This document shows, one piece after another, positions 63,434 through 64,000 of a stretch of 64,000 bases of DNA (positions are counted from its first letter, which is position 1; the number at the start of each line of letters is the position of its first letter). The translations under genes and the position numbers were made by a program. The notes below the pieces were generated by a model that made no database searches, was not told the DNA's origin, and saw only the letters and a list, made by a program, of their open reading frames with translations. Source of the DNA: a virus (lineage: Duplodnaviria; Caudoviricetes). Where the stretch lies: IMG/VR virus record IMGVR_UViG_3300027898_000001. One strand, written 5' to 3'.

Positions 63434-64000
63434 ATGTCTAATTTTGGTTTAACACGTCCATTAGTTTCTCAAATAAAAGCACCCGGAAGTCCAGATCAAT
63501 CTGAGATTGTAGTCCAGTCTGAGCGTCTTACTGTAACAACACCTAGTCAATCTAGTGTATCTGAAATCCAATCCGGTACTTACGATCCCGTATTAGGTAT
63601 TCTAACATTAACATTATCTAACGGTGATAGTGTGCGTGTGGGTGGTTTTCCTACTGCTGCAAAAATTCCTCCCGGCCCTACTGGTCCACAAGGTCTTACT
63701 GGAAAAGACGGTGCTCCAGGCCAACCCGGTGCTCCCGGTGCTCCAGGTTCTATGGGATGTATGGGACCCCCAGGACCTTCTGGCTCTTTAGGTGTACAGG
63801 GTCCAGATGGTCGTCAAGGTCTTCAAGGCCCTCCCGGCCCTAGAGGTCTTACTGGTCCACAAGGTCCACAAGGTGTTCAAGGTCCTGCAGGTGTTCTAGG
63901 TTCCCCCGGCCCTACTGGCCCTAGAGGTGATCAGGGTCCCTCTGGTGCTCCAGGAACTGCCGGTGCTCCAGGAAGCGTTAATGTAGTAGTATCTAGCACT
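63434..64000 (+). CDS. second collagen-like fibre protein, 3' truncated by the window (absent from the ORF track)
   Basis: GAGGT SD, ATG 63434: [17 protein letters not shown]...[23 protein letters not shown] then [16 protein letters not shown] repeats. Confidence 0.88.
   Translation, partial: MSNFGLTRPLVSQIKAPGSPDQSEIVVQSERLTVTTPSQSSVSEIQSGTYDPVLGILTLTLSNGDSVRVGGFPTAAKIPPGPTGPQGLTGKDGAPGQPGAPGAPGSMGCMGPPGPSGSLGVQGPDGRQGLQGPPGPRGLTGPQGPQGVQGPAGVLGSPGPTGPRGDQGPSGAPGTAGAPGSVNVVVSST

Noticed and set aside
1-64000. Stop-codon reassignment
   Set aside because: Conserved genes are full length in code 11; TAA, TAG and TGA all end genes followed by an RBS and start codon

Overview
A 64 kb segment of a large, AT-rich, tightly packed myophage (jumbo-type) genome read in the standard code. 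Most genes are on +, with one five-gene minus-strand block at 46775-50535. Three of those five genes are labelled + in the supplied ORF track, but their translations are on the minus strand. Recognisable genes: DnaB-like helicase, terminase large subunit, probable portal, gp5-like spike, PAAR tip, gp25/gp6-like wedge proteins, a 2262-aa baseplate/Ig protein, several modular fibre and collagen-like proteins, thymidylate synthase and kinase, type IB topoisomerase, MgtC/SapB, two KTSC domains, SLOG, SprT, HD, Nudix, HNH, MmcB-like and TnsA-like nucleases, and a possible sigma-like factor. Best leads: (1) a ~130-nt multi-branched RNA at 25696-25826 with its own candidate promoter; (2) two recurring promoter-like motifs (TAATTTA, TGTAAATA), some placed inside RBS-sequestering or terminator hairpins like a temporal expression switch; (3) a shared N-terminal M-x-[IL]-S-x-S signal on unrelated enzymes, possibly for capsid targeting or cleavage; (4) a cassette of four paralogous MYAK proteins plus two small WS-ending proteins; (5) fibre genes built from shared modules. 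All calls come from reading motifs by eye; no database search, folding or statistics were run.
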